A stretch of DNA of 64,000 nt from an uncultured Candidatus Rokubacteria bacterium (GCA_963805625.1 CAWDVE010000010.1:2132582-2196581), one strand, 5' to 3'. Positions 39,771 through 50,233 are shown, counted from the first letter of the stretch. The notes: generated from the letters alone by a model not told the origin. Numbers and translations: made by a program.

Positions 39771-40037
39771 TCAACGCTTGCGCGGGCGACCCGCGCGGTA
39801 GGCGGCGACCCCCGCGCGAACACCCGCGCGCACACCGCGGGCGATCACCGTTGCCTCGGCGACCGCCTGACGAACTCTGGGCTCGAGCGCCCGAACGGTG
39901 CGCTCGACCTTCACGCGTGTCCGCCGTTCGAGCCGCCTGAGACGCCGGCGCGTCTGGCCGCGCGCCTTGTCGGCCCGAGCACTGAGGTTCCTAAGATGGT
40001 CCTGGAGGGCCTTCAGCTGCTTCTCGAGGCGTTTCAT
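39771..40037 (-). CDS. Small basic helical protein (88 aa)
   Basis: AGGAG RBS; Arg/Lys-rich amphipathic sequence. Confidence 0.65.
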   Translation of the reverse strand: MKRLEKQLKALQDHLRNLSARADKARGQTRRRLRRLERRTRVKVERTVRALEPRVRQAVAEATVIARGVRAGVRAGVAAYRAGRPRKR

Positions 40038-40368
40038 AGCGTCTCCTGCAGGTCACCGCCGAGACCGGCGGCGTTCTATCTACGTTAAGGTCCAGGTTGC
40101 TCCCTAAATCGGTCTGTTCCAGGGACACTGCTCCTTCATCCAACCGACGGATTCCCATCACCTGGATCCACCGCCCGCTCCGGGATTGCTCATGGTCTCC
40201 TCAGTCCATCCCAGCCGCTTGATACACGTGCTCCGTCAGTTCAATGACCCGAGCCTGCAGTCGATGGACCTCATCGAGGCAATCCGCGAGCTCGACGAGG
40301 TATGATCACACGCACTCACTGGCCCACCTCCCCTGCCTCACTGGCGAACGCCTGTCCATGACCCTCGT

Positions 40369-41502
40369 CTAGCCTCGTCGAACTGCCTCGATGCCGATCG
40401 CGCGCTGAGTCGCACCGCGCCCGTCCTCGCGCAACAGCTTCTCCACCCGAACGCCGACAAGGCGGATCTTCCTCCCCTTCGGGTTCTCCCGCGCGTCGAA
40501 AAATGGCTCCAGCAATCGTCGCACCTCGCCCTGCAGCTCCTCCTCGCGCCGAAACGGTCCCGTGCCCGTATGGGAGCGACTCCGTGTCACGAACCCCGAA
40601 AAGCGAACGGTGACCGTCACGGTCCGGAACGCCTGGAACCCCTCGGCGACGAACCGCCGATACACTTCGCCGGCGAGCAAGCACGCCCGCTCCAAGACAA
40701 AGCCGGCATCGAGCGTGTCCTCCTCGAACGTCTCCTGTTCGCCCACGGACTTCCGCTCCCACTCGTTGGAGACGGGATCTTCGGACATTCCCCGGGCCTT
40801 CTGCCACAGGCCCCCGCCCCACTTGCCGAACCACGTCGCGAGCAGGGGGATTTCAATATCGCGGAGATCGGCGATGGTCTTGATGCCCTTCCCGTGGAGG
40901 AAGGCCTCGGTCTTGGGCCCGATCCCGGGAATGACCCGGCTCCGGAGCGGGTCGAGAAACGCCTGCACCGCCTCCGGCCGGACGACGGTCAAGCCATCCG
41001 GCTTCCTGAAGTCGGAGGCGATCTTGGCGACGAGCTTGTTCGGCCCAATCCCGACCGAGCAGGTGAGGCCCTCATGCGCGAGGATCTCCGCCTTCAGCCT
41101 CCTGACATGCCCCTCGGCACCTTTCATGTCGCCGAGGGACGTGAGGTCGACGTAGGCCTCGTCGATGCTCGCCCTCTCGAAGGCATCGGCGCCTCGGGCG
41201 AGGATCGCCATGATCCGATCGGAGACCTCCCGATAGAGCGACTGGTTACCTCGGACGAAGACCGTCTCGGCCTCGCCCCGTTTGCGGGCGACGTCAGCCA
41301 GGCGCCAGGCCCGTGAGATCGGGAGAGCCGAGCGGATGCCGTACTTCCGGGCGGCATAGTTCGCGGTGGTGACGACGCCACGACCCTTCCCCGCCTTCGG
41401 ATCGGCCCCCACGACGACCGGCCGGCCGCGAAGCTCAGGGTGATGCCGCTCCTCCACCGCGGCGTAGAAGGCGTCCATGTCGATGTGGGCGATGATTCTC
41501 AT
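40369..41502 (-). CDS. dinB: DNA polymerase IV (Y family)
   Basis: HIDMDAFYAAVE, NYAARKYGI, SIDEAYVD, AKIASDFRKPDG, little finger IRLVGV. Confidence 0.95.
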   Translation of the reverse strand: MRIIAHIDMDAFYAAVEERHHPELRGRPVVVGADPKAGKGRGVVTTANYAARKYGIRSALPISRAWRLADVARKRGEAETVFVRGNQSLYREVSDRIMAILARGADAFERASIDEAYVDLTSLGDMKGAEGHVRRLKAEILAHEGLTCSVGIGPNKLVAKIASDFRKPDGLTVVRPEAVQAFLDPLRSRVIPGIGPKTEAFLHGKGIKTIADLRDIEIPLLATWFGKWGGGLWQKARGMSEDPVSNEWERKSVGEQETFEEDTLDAGFVLERACLLAGEVYRRFVAEGFQAFRTVTVTVRFSGFVTRSRSHTGTGPFRREEELQGEVRRLLEPFFDARENPKGRKIRLVGVRVEKLLREDGRGATQRAIGIEAVRRG

Positions 41503-41532
41503 GCCGCGCGGGGACTCCCGGCTGTCCGTGGA

Positions 41533-41763
41533 TCACCGTGATCGAGGGGTGCCTGCCACCAAGATTCTACCGCGGAAGGCCTCCTTCGGGCGCGGGCACT
41601 GCAACCCGGCGTACGTGAGGGCGTCGAGGCTGGCCCAGCGGAGGTGGATCACCACCTCGTCGGCGCCGTGGCTCAGGACGAGCCGCGCGCCGCCGGCCGC
41701 ATCCGGGCTGAGCGTTGCGATCATCCCGTAGTGGCGCCAGTCGAGAGCGCAGAGCATGGCCAT
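41533..41763 (-). CDS. Hypothetical protein (76 aa)
   Basis: Starts 1 nt after the upstream stop and ends 30 bp before dinB. Confidence 0.55.
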   Translation of the reverse strand: MAMLCALDWRHYGMIATLSPDAAGGARLVLSHGADEVVIHLRWASLDALTYAGLQCPRPKEAFRGRILVAGTPRSR

Positions 41764-41764
41764 G

Positions 41765-42409
41765 TCACACCTCGCGCGAGAGGGCTGGGCCGATGAAGTC
41801 CAGGCTCCCGGTCATCGGATCGTGAGCTGCGCGTTCGTGCGGACCATCCACCGCGCGCCGGCGGCGCCGGGACAGGGGCTCGACCGGCAGCGGTGCGCCG
41901 GCGTCTTCGTGGGCGCGAGCGAGCTCGGCGCGCTGGGCGCCATTGAGGCTCGCCTCGAGGGCGCGCGCCTCGCCGCGGAGCGTGTCGACGCGGCGGCGCA
42001 GCGTGAGGGCGCGCGCGGTCGCCCGCACCTCGCGCGTCGCCTGCCGGTCGGCGTGGCCTTCGAGCCGGAGGATCCGGCGCACCTTGCGGGAGCGGATCGT
42101 CATGGCCATGGGTTCGCCTCCTGGTGTGGGGATCGTGGGATGTCTTGGGATGGCGCTCTCGATGCGATCCGCGTTGCTCGCGGGGTCTGCGCGGCCATCG
42201 CCGGTCGGCGGACATCCCCGGGGCGCCGTTGCCGCCGAAGGCTCCAATCCGGCTTGGACGCCTCGCGGCACCAGCTCGAACGGCCAGTCGTGCCACGAGG
42301 GGCTGACCGGGTGTCTCGCCACGCCCCGAAGCGCGGCATTCGGCTCATCTCGTCGCACCGGGCGACCGGCCGCCCGGCCAGGGCTCGACGACATTGCCCC
42401 TGGGGTCAT
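41765..42409 (-). CDS. Hypothetical helical protein (alternative start 42109 with AGGAGG RBS)
   Basis: ATGA overlap with the upstream gene; coiled-coil-like C-terminal half. Confidence 0.55.
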   Translation of the reverse strand: MTPGAMSSSPGRAAGRPVRRDEPNAALRGVARHPVSPSWHDWPFELVPRGVQAGLEPSAATAPRGCPPTGDGRADPASNADRIESAIPRHPTIPTPGGEPMAMTIRSRKVRRILRLEGHADRQATREVRATARALTLRRRVDTLRGEARALEASLNGAQRAELARAHEDAGAPLPVEPLSRRRRRAVDGPHERAAHDPMTGSLDFIGPALSREV

Positions 42410-43128
42410 CGGGAGGCTCCTTCACGCGTCGGACTGTCGGCCTCCGGCGCGGTCGGACTCGGACGGCCATCCGGCGACGGTCGCCACCATGGCTGAGCGG
42501 CGAGCACGTCCCGGATGGTCACGGGCGAGATGGTCTCGTCGCCACGCGAGGGAGACGGCCCTGCGCGCGCGCCGAGCCCGAGGCGCGCGTGCAGGGCACG
42601 CGCGTCTTCGTCTTTGTCTTTCTCTGGTCTCTGTCTGAGTCTTCCGGGGGCTGAACCCCGCGAATTCTCAACCGTTTCACGCGCGAGGTCCGCCGGGACC
42701 TCCGCCAGAACGTCGGCACCGGCGCGGGCTCCGGTGCGGGCAGACGCGGTCACGTCCGCGGGGACCTCCGCCGGCAGCTCCCCCGCGAAGCGAGGGGAGA
42801 GATCCGTGTAGGTCCCCTGTGCGAGCGGGTACTTGTGGATGGCGACGTCGACCAGCCGGCCGCGGGCTCCGCGATGAATCGGGTACCAGATGTAGCGCTT
42901 CCGCTTGAGGGCTCGACGGAGCTTCTCGACGTGGTTCGCCGTCAGGCCCGTCTGCTCTCTGAGGATGGGCCAACTCGTCCGCACGGCGCCCGTCCGGGCG
43001 TCCGCCTTCGTGCAGAGCCACGTGAACATCCCGAACTCGTCCCACGTGATCCGACGAAGCTCCAGGTGCTCGTCGATCGAGCGACGCCACCGGAGAAAGT
43101 TGTCGGCCCCGGCCGGACGCGGTCTCAC
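42406..43128 (-). CDS. Putative phage/plasmid-type replication initiator (N-terminal winged-HTH)
   Basis: FLRWRRSI..EFGMFTWLCTKA..LREQTGLT..KLRRALKRKRYI; internal 19-bp repeats; EKDKDED linker; GTGA overlap. Confidence 0.55.
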   Translation of the reverse strand: MRPRPAGADNFLRWRRSIDEHLELRRITWDEFGMFTWLCTKADARTGAVRTSWPILREQTGLTANHVEKLRRALKRKRYIWYPIHRGARGRLVDVAIHKYPLAQGTYTDLSPRFAGELPAEVPADVTASARTGARAGADVLAEVPADLARETVENSRGSAPGRLRQRPEKDKDEDARALHARLGLGARAGPSPSRGDETISPVTIRDVLAAQPWWRPSPDGRPSPTAPEADSPTREGASR

Positions 43129-43532
43129 GTGAGTCTCAGGGCGTAGCCCGGCGTGAGCACGCCGGGCGGCAGGACCGGCTCGGCGGAGAACGTCAGGCAC
43201 TCGATCCCGTCGACGGCGAACGCATGGCGGTGCGGGAAGAGCCGCTCCGGCTGCTCGGTGCTCGTCACCGCCAGGCCCGTCCGCTGGACGGTCCGCCAGA
43301 ACGTCCCGGGGCTCAGTTGGACCTCGACGCCGCCGTCCGCGCGGGGCCAGACGCCGAGCACGGCGGCGTAGTCCCGCGGGATGTCGAGCTTCGCGAGGAC
43401 CCGCTGGAGCGTCTCGCGCGTGGCGGTGGCTACGGGCCCGATCCCTTGCCCCTCCGCCGGATCGAGGGGCTCTGGCGGGCGGTCCGCGCCGCTTCGCGTC
43501 TCGCCATCCATGGGCGCCATGTCAGCGGTCAC
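43125..43532 (-). CDS. Hypothetical protein (135 aa)
   Basis: GTGA overlaps with both the P450 stop and the next start. Confidence 0.6.
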   Translation of the reverse strand: MTADMAPMDGETRSGADRPPEPLDPAEGQGIGPVATATRETLQRVLAKLDIPRDYAAVLGVWPRADGGVEVQLSPGTFWRTVQRTGLAVTSTEQPERLFPHRHAFAVDGIECLTFSAEPVLPPGVLTPGYALRLT

Positions 43533-44854
43533 CACGTCACCGGTAGGGTCGCGAGGCCGCGGAGGGTCGCCGTGGGCCTCCACGCCGGCTGATCGGTAGC
43601 GAGGTGGAGGATGGGCAGACGGCGCAGCAGGGTGCCGACCGCGACCTGAGCCTCGAGGCGCGCCAGCGCGGCGCCGAGGCAGACGTGGACGCCGGCACCG
43701 AAGGCGACGTGGCCGGAGGCAGGCCGGTCGAGCTGGAAACGGTCCGGTGCGTGGAAGCGCGCCGGGTCTCGGTTCGCCGCGCCGAGCAGGAGCACGACGA
43801 GCGCCCCGCGCGGGATGGTGTGGTCCCCGAAGGCGATGTCCGTCGTGGCGATGCGCCACGTGCGCTGGACCGGGCTCTCCCAGCGCACCGCCTCCTCGGC
43901 CACCGCGGGGAGGAGCCAGGGCGCGTCGCGAAGGCGGGCGAGCGCGTCAGGGTGCTGGAGGAGCGCCCAGATCGTGGTGCCGATCAGGCTCACCGTGGTC
44001 TCCGTCCCGGCCACGAGCAGCAGGACAACCATCGCGACCAGCTCGGAGTCGCTCAGGAGGCCGTCGCCGTCCGCCGCCTCCACGAGCGTGCTCACGAGGT
44101 CAGATTCCAGCTGGGCCCGTCGCGCGGCGACCAGCTCACGGACATAGCCGCCGAGGACACGCCGGGCCGTCTGCCCCTCCGCGACGAGTGACCGGTCCTC
44201 CGGGATCGGGAGGGCATCGAGACTGCGCGCCACCGCGGCCGACCAGGCGGCGCACGCCGACCGGTGCGCCTCGGGAATCCCGAGAAGCTCGCCGATGACC
44301 GCACGCGGCAGGGGCTCGGCGAGATCGGTGACGACGTCCATCCGGCCGGCCGACGCGAGGCGATCGAGCAGGGCGTCGACGTGGGCCTGGATCCGTGGCC
44401 GGAGCGTCTCCACCGCGCGCGGCGTAAACGCCCGGCTCACCGCATCGCGGAGCCGCGTGTGGTGCGGCGGGTCGCGGAAGAGCATCGACTGCCGATGGCC
44501 GCCGGTCTCGAGGCGCGCGGCGTCAGCGAGTCTGCTGCACGCTCCGTTCGCGCTGGATCCCTCACCCGTCCCGAAGTGACGCTCGAACCCCTCGCGCCCG
44601 AACCTTGGGTCGCGGAGGACCGCCGCCACGTCGGCGTAGCGCGTGAGGACCCAGAACCCGTGGCGCGTGCGGTGGATCGGCTCCTCGGCCCGGAGGCGCG
44701 CGTACAGCGGATACGGATCGGAGAGGAATCCTGGGTCGGCCGCACTGAAGAGTGGCGGGCAGTCGATCTGCTTTCGGTCGCCACTTCGTTCGTCGACCCC
44801 CGTCCGGTTCGACCCGTGGCCTTCCTGACGCTGTTGGAACGGCATGCTCGTCAT
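43529..44854 (-). CDS. Cytochrome P450 (CYP107/BioI-like); start uncertain
   Basis: DPPHHTRLR, AGTETT, EEAVR (ExxR), AANRDP, FGAGVHVCLG. Confidence 0.93.
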   Translation of the reverse strand: MTSMPFQQRQEGHGSNRTGVDERSGDRKQIDCPPLFSAADPGFLSDPYPLYARLRAEEPIHRTRHGFWVLTRYADVAAVLRDPRFGREGFERHFGTGEGSSANGACSRLADAARLETGGHRQSMLFRDPPHHTRLRDAVSRAFTPRAVETLRPRIQAHVDALLDRLASAGRMDVVTDLAEPLPRAVIGELLGIPEAHRSACAAWSAAVARSLDALPIPEDRSLVAEGQTARRVLGGYVRELVAARRAQLESDLVSTLVEAADGDGLLSDSELVAMVVLLLVAGTETTVSLIGTTIWALLQHPDALARLRDAPWLLPAVAEEAVRWESPVQRTWRIATTDIAFGDHTIPRGALVVLLLGAANRDPARFHAPDRFQLDRPASGHVAFGAGVHVCLGAALARLEAQVAVGTLLRRLPILHLATDQPAWRPTATLRGLATLPVTW

Positions 44855-45491
44855 GCCCGGAGCAGAGGGCAACCCGGGTGCCAGCGCGGCGGGCCTTCCG
44901 GTCCATACGTCGAATGCACTGGCGTGACGCGAGATTACCGAAGCATGTCGCCAACCCGTCGCGCTCGACGATTCCGCTCGCAATCCGCTCCTCAGCGGCA
45001 AGCCGAGCGGAATCGGAGCGGCTTGGGAGCGGATTCCCGAAACAGACCTCGCCCTGAAGCCGCAACCAGGACCCTTCATCGTCCAGAGGGTCAGAAGGAT
45101 CGCGAGCTTCGCGAACGGGCGGGTCGCGGCCTGTAGCACCGAGGCGGCGCGACGGCTTGCAAGCCTTATCTTGGCGCCGTCGCGGCTCCGTGGTCTTCTT
45201 GCCGCTAGTGTCGCCGCCGCTCCGCTAGCCGATGGTCTTCGGCGGCGGCGGGGCCGTTGTGGCGCCGTGCGGCGGCGCGCTACACTTCACCCGCGTGATA
45301 CGGACCCCGGAGCGATACCGGCCGGCAGCAGCGGAACGCTGCTCGGGATGGCCTGGGCTCAGGAGAAAGGGGGACAGCCGCTTTTTCGCGGACGCAGAGG
45401 ACACACGAGGGCGACGATGCCCTCGCGTCTGCCAGTGTTGCTCAGTGTGAGTGGCGTATTCCAGGTCCGATGCACACAGGAGACATGAACG

Positions 45492-46421
45492 ATGAGCCGC
45501 GAACACGAGGTCGAAGACAACGGTCAGAAGAGGGTATCGCGCCGCGGGATGCTGACGGTCGGCGGCGGCGTGGCGATTGCGTCGACACTCGTCGGAAACC
45601 TGGGCAGGCACAGTGTCGCCGAGGCCCAAACTCAGGCATCGGGCAAGCCACTGCTCGACGACGTTCTGGATCGGAAGGAGCTGAGGGTTGGTACCTTCCT
45701 CCAATATCCCCCGATCATGTTCAAGGACAAGAGCGGAGAGCCACAGGGCTTCGAGGTCGACATGGCCCGCGACATGGGCACGGCCCTGGGCGTGAAGGTC
45801 ACGTTTGTCGACAGTGCCTGGGAGGGACTGCTTCCGGGCATTCAGTCGGGCAAGTTCGACGTCATCATCGCACAAATGGCAATCACGGCCGAACGAGCCA
45901 AGGTCATTCACTTCGCCAAGCCGTTCGAGGCCACAGGCCTGGTGGCCGTGGTGTCGCCCAAGGCGCCACTCACGGATGCCTCCGACGTGAAGAGCGTCGT
46001 CGGGTACCTCAACAAGGCGGACAAGAAGGTCGTGGTCCAGCTCGGCAGTGTCAACGAGAAGGGGAAGAAACTCTACTTTCCCACTGCGCAAACGGTCACC
46101 ATCCAGAATCTGCTGGACGGGTACCTGCAGGTCAGCACGGGCCGCGCCGACGCTTACATCACGGACGACGTGAGCGCCCTCAGCTACTTGAAGGAGCACC
46201 CGGGGTCCTGCAAGGTCGTGCTCAGCGGGCGAAAGCAGCCCTACCTGATCAACTTCCCGGCGGGAGGTGGCGTACCGCGTGGGCAGATCGAGTTCTGCCA
46301 CTGGGTCGATATCTTCGTGCAGAACTGGATCGACTCCGGTGACTACCGCCGGACCTACCTCAAGGATATCGGGTGGGAGCCACCCATCGATTCACTGCAG
46401 CTGCTGCGCGGGGGCTTCTGA
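45492..46421 (+). CDS. Polar amino-acid ABC substrate-binding protein, Tat-exported
   Basis: SRRGML Tat motif; YPP..GFEVD, SGKFD, ITAERAK, GRADA. Confidence 0.9.
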   Translation: MSREHEVEDNGQKRVSRRGMLTVGGGVAIASTLVGNLGRHSVAEAQTQASGKPLLDDVLDRKELRVGTFLQYPPIMFKDKSGEPQGFEVDMARDMGTALGVKVTFVDSAWEGLLPGIQSGKFDVIIAQMAITAERAKVIHFAKPFEATGLVAVVSPKAPLTDASDVKSVVGYLNKADKKVVVQLGSVNEKGKKLYFPTAQTVTIQNLLDGYLQVSTGRADAYITDDVSALSYLKEHPGSCKVVLSGRKQPYLINFPAGGGVPRGQIEFCHWVDIFVQNWIDSGDYRRTYLKDIGWEPPIDSLQLLRGGF

Positions 46422-46501
46422 TCTTGATGCGCACGGGCGGGTGGGTATCGCCCGCCCGTAGTGCGCTGAAGGCGAACTGAGCGAACGGCGACGGCTCGAT
46501 C

Positions 46502-47242
46502 GTGATGAGTCTCGAGAGGCCGACGGCGCCCACGATCCGTGTGAGCAACCTGGAGAAGCACTTTGGACCGGTCAAGGTCCTGCGTGGGGTCTCGTTCGAC
46601 CTCTCGCGTGGGCAAGTGCTCGTGCTCATTGGGCCAAGCGGATCGGGGAAGACGACCTTGTTGCGGTGTCTGGCCCGCCTCGAGGTACCGGACTCGGGGG
46701 AGATCTGGGTAGACGGTACCCGGTTGGACGGGCGTGCTTCACGGCATCAGGATGTGGGAATGGTGTTTCAGCAGTTCAACCTCTTCCCTCACCTGTGCGT
46801 GCTTGACAACATAACTCTGGCGCCGCGGCTCGTGAGGAGGGTGCGCCGAGACGCCGCCGCGAACGAGGCTCGAGAGCTCCTCCGGCGAGTGCACCTCCTG
46901 GAAAAGGCCGACGCTTTCCCAAGCCAACTCTCGGGCGGGCAACAGCAACGGGTTGCAATCGCTCGTTCCCTGGCGATGCAGCCCAAAGTCATGCTCTTCG
47001 ATGAAGTGACGTCTGCGCTCGATCGCGAGCTCGTCAAGGAAGTCCTCCAGGTCATGAAAGAGCTGGCGGAGGACGGCATGACCATGGTGGTCGTGACGCA
47101 CGAGCTTTGGTTCGCGCGAAATGTCGCCAACCGGATCTTCTTCCTTGATCACGGGTTGGTTGTCGAGGAGGGGCCGCCAGAAAAGATCTTCTCGGCCCCC
47201 GCGGAAGAACGGACACGACGCTTCCTGGGGGACTTGTTGTGA
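46502..47242 (+). CDS. Polar amino-acid ABC ATPase (GlnQ-like)
   Basis: [30 protein letters not shown]. Confidence 0.95.
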   Translation: MMSLERPTAPTIRVSNLEKHFGPVKVLRGVSFDLSRGQVLVLIGPSGSGKTTLLRCLARLEVPDSGEIWVDGTRLDGRASRHQDVGMVFQQFNLFPHLCVLDNITLAPRLVRRVRRDAAANEARELLRRVHLLEKADAFPSQLSGGQQQRVAIARSLAMQPKVMLFDEVTSALDRELVKEVLQVMKELAEDGMTMVVVTHELWFARNVANRIFFLDHGLVVEEGPPEKIFSAPAEERTRRFLGDLL

Positions 47243-47928
47243 AGGCGGTGTTCCTCCAGGTCGCGCCCTACACATTTCGTTGGGACGTGGTCCTTCCATA
47301 CATGCCAGCCTTCGCTCGGGCCCTCCTCATCACATTCCAGGTATCCCTCGCCGCCGAAGTGGTTGGAATTGTCCTGGGGCTCATCGCCGCTCTGGCGCGT
47401 TTGTCCCGGTGGTCGTTCATGCGTGCCCTGGCCGTCGCCTACATCGACTTCTTTCGAGGTGTGCCCCTGCTGGCAACGCTGGTATGGCTCTACTACGGGG
47501 TGACCCTGCTCTTCGGGATCAGCTTCTCGGCGTTCTCGGCCGGCGTGGCAGGCCTGGGGATCACCTATGGGGCCTACCTGGCCGAGATCTTCCGCTCGGG
47601 GATCCAGGCGATTCCGAAAGGGCAGACCGAGGCCGCGCGCACCCTCGGATTGACCTCGCGACAGATCATGATGTATGTGGTCTTGCCACAGGCTATCCGC
47701 ATCACCCTACCGCCGATCGGGAACACCTTCGTGAGCATGCTCAAGGACTCGTCGTTGATTGCGGTTCTGGCGGTCACGGATCTCATGCGGCAAGGCATGA
47801 TCGTCGCTTCGGACACATTTCGAGCATTCGAGGCGTACACTTTCGTGGCGATCATCTACTACCTGGTCACGGTAGTGGTGGCCCGCGGCCTTGGCGTCCT
47901 GGAAAGACGCTATGCAGTCACACGCTGA
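47239..47928 (+). CDS. Polar amino-acid ABC permease
   Basis: [31 protein letters not shown]. Confidence 0.94.
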   Translation: MKAVFLQVAPYTFRWDVVLPYMPAFARALLITFQVSLAAEVVGIVLGLIAALARLSRWSFMRALAVAYIDFFRGVPLLATLVWLYYGVTLLFGISFSAFSAGVAGLGITYGAYLAEIFRSGIQAIPKGQTEAARTLGLTSRQIMMYVVLPQAIRITLPPIGNTFVSMLKDSSLIAVLAVTDLMRQGMIVASDTFRAFEAYTFVAIIYYLVTVVVARGLGVLERRYAVTR

Positions 47929-48051
47929 GCGGGACGCGGGGATGCTCCGAGCGACGCCCGGCCCTGCTGGGGTGAGGCGCGACGATGCCGGTGAGCGATC
48001 GGCGATCAATGAAATCGCTCCGCGTGCACCGCGGCTCGGGAGGGAGGTCAC

Positions 48052-48867
48052 GTGACAAACGAGCTTACTCGTGAACAGGGCGCACGCTACGCGGCCGATG
48101 GTTGTGCGTTTCCGATCGACGTCTTGTCAAGGGCGGAGGCCGCACAATATCGACGGTGCCTCGAGGATATGGAGGCGCGGTGCGGGAACCTGCACTATTC
48201 ACCGAAGCCACACCTGACGTTCACGTTCGTCGACGAGTTGATCCGCGACGCACGAGTTCTCGACCCGGTCGAGAGCATCCTCGGCCCGAATCTACTCGTC
48301 TGGGACTCCACGTTCATCATCAAAGAGGCGAAGGATACGCGCTTTGTCAGTTGGCACCAGGATCTGACGTACTGGGGTCTCGAACCGCCGGACGTGGTCT
48401 CGGTATGGCTGGCCCTGTCCTCGAGCACGCCGGAGAGCGGCTGCATGAGAGTCGTTCCGGGCTCGCATACGAGGCAACTCCCCCATCACGACACGTTCGC
48501 CGAGCAGAACATTCTGTCCCGTGGTCAGGAGGTCGCCGTCCATGTGGATGAGCGCGAGGCGGTGGACGTCGTCCTCGCGCCGGGCCAGATGTCCTTGCAC
48601 CACGGCAAGGTAATCCACGGTTCGGCACCCAACCGATCTGACGACCGGCGCATCGGGTTCAACATCCAGTATCTGCCGACCTACGTGCGGCAGGTGGTCG
48701 GGAGACGGGATAGCGCCACGCTGGTCCGCGGTGTCGACAGCTACCATCACTTCGAGCCGGAGCGCCGACCGAGCGCGGACTTCACGGCGGAGGCCCTAGT
48801 GGCGTTCCGAAAGGGCATCGCAGAGCAACGATCGGAGTACTTGTATCGAGGAGCGGACCGGCCGTAG
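48052..48867 (+). CDS. Phytanoyl-CoA dioxygenase-family Fe(II)/2OG oxygenase
   Basis: WHQD, GCMRVVPGSH, HGSAPNRS..RRIG. Confidence 0.92.
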   Translation: MTNELTREQGARYAADGCAFPIDVLSRAEAAQYRRCLEDMEARCGNLHYSPKPHLTFTFVDELIRDARVLDPVESILGPNLLVWDSTFIIKEAKDTRFVSWHQDLTYWGLEPPDVVSVWLALSSSTPESGCMRVVPGSHTRQLPHHDTFAEQNILSRGQEVAVHVDEREAVDVVLAPGQMSLHHGKVIHGSAPNRSDDRRIGFNIQYLPTYVRQVVGRRDSATLVRGVDSYHHFEPERRPSADFTAEALVAFRKGIAEQRSEYLYRGADRP

Positions 48868-49021
48868 AGGCAACTCGCCCACGACGAGTGGACGACGCCT
48901 GATGCTGCCCGGATAGTCGGCTCACGGTCTGACGCCGAAGGAATCGAGGCAGGAGGCCTGTCCCGAAGCGCACGTGTTGGATGCGCGCGAGACTGCCGAA
49001 GCGCGCTGAGAGAGAAGCGGG

Positions 49022-50146
49022 ATGGATGACCTGACGATTGAGCGGATCGGCGTGTATGCCGTCGGGCCCAAGACCGAACGGTACATGTGGGCGTCGGACA
49101 TGTCAGAGCAGTACATGACGAACAACATCGTCCGTGTCCACACACGGGGCGGCCTGGAGGGGATCGGGGGAGCCGCGTCGTACACGGAGCACGGGTTCGA
49201 CCGAGCGGTGGCTGAGACGATGCGCCCGATGCTGTGGCCATTGCTTGGCGCGTCGCCGCTCGACCGTGCGGCCCTCTGGGACCGCCTCCTGACCCGGAAT
49301 ATTCCGCTGGCACCCCAGGCGCAATCGGCGATCGACATCGCGCTATGGGATCTCGCCGCCAAGGCCGCCGGGTTGCCCCTCTATCGTCTGCTCGGAGCGG
49401 CCCGCGATCGGATGCCGTCCTACGCCAGCACACCTCTCCTGCCCGATGCGCAGGCGTATGTCGGCTTCGTCGGTGACCTGCAGCGGCAGGGGTTCACCGC
49501 CGTAAAGTTCCACGCGTGGTGTGAGGTCGACCGCGACCTCGAGATGTGTCGGCTCGTCCACTCGCGGTTTCGCGGTAGCGGGATGCAACTGATGCTCGAC
49601 GTGGAGCAGCGCTACTCGCGCGTCGATGCGCTGCGGGCGGCCCGCGAGCTCGAGGTGATGGGCTTCCGCTGGTTCGAGGCGCCCCTGCCCGATACCGACC
49701 TCGAGGGGTACCGGGACCTTCGTCGCCAGGTCGGAATCCCGATCCTTCCCGCGGGCAACTGGGTGCTTGATCCTCGGCTCATTGAGCTCGCCATCGCCTT
49801 GGGATGCTGGAGCGCTGTGCGGGTGGACGCGACCGTCGCGGGTGGCATCACGCCAGGCCGCAAGATCATGGCTCTCGCGGAAGCGCATGGGCTCGACGCC
49901 GAGCTCCAGTGTTGGGGCTACACGCTGACACAAGCGGCGAACCTCCACCTCATGCTCGCCCACCGGAACGCCACGTACTTTGAGCAGCCGGTGCCCTATC
50001 CGGCCTTCGAGCACGGCGTGCGCGACGTAATTCGCACCGTTTCGGAAGGTGTGGTGCACGCGCCTCCAGGGCCGGGCCTCGGGATTCGCGTTGACTGGGA
50101 GGCCATCGAGGCAGCCACGGTCTTGCACTACGAAGTGGCGGGGTGA
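49022..50146 (+). CDS. Mandelate racemase/muconate lactonizing enzyme family protein
   Basis: SAIDIALWDLAAK, YAS, VKFH, LMLD, WFEAP, PGLG. Confidence 0.9.
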   Translation: MDDLTIERIGVYAVGPKTERYMWASDMSEQYMTNNIVRVHTRGGLEGIGGAASYTEHGFDRAVAETMRPMLWPLLGASPLDRAALWDRLLTRNIPLAPQAQSAIDIALWDLAAKAAGLPLYRLLGAARDRMPSYASTPLLPDAQAYVGFVGDLQRQGFTAVKFHAWCEVDRDLEMCRLVHSRFRGSGMQLMLDVEQRYSRVDALRAARELEVMGFRWFEAPLPDTDLEGYRDLRRQVGIPILPAGNWVLDPRLIELAIALGCWSAVRVDATVAGGITPGRKIMALAEAHGLDAELQCWGYTLTQAANLHLMLAHRNATYFEQPVPYPAFEHGVRDVIRTVSEGVVHAPPGPGLGIRVDWEAIEAATVLHYEVAG

Positions 50147-50233
50147 CGCGGCAACGGACGGGCGATCATAAGCCCGGTCAAGTCTACGGTGGCGGTGATC
50201 CGGCTTCCACCGGTGACCGGGACGGGCGGGACG

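Noticed and set aside
44855-45139. 95-aa N-terminal extension of the P450 in the ORF track
   Set aside because: No recognisable domain; likely open by chance upstream of the real start
48052-48867. Fe/2OG halogenase (SyrB2-like)
   Set aside because: The HxD carboxylate is retained, whereas halogenases have HxA or HxG
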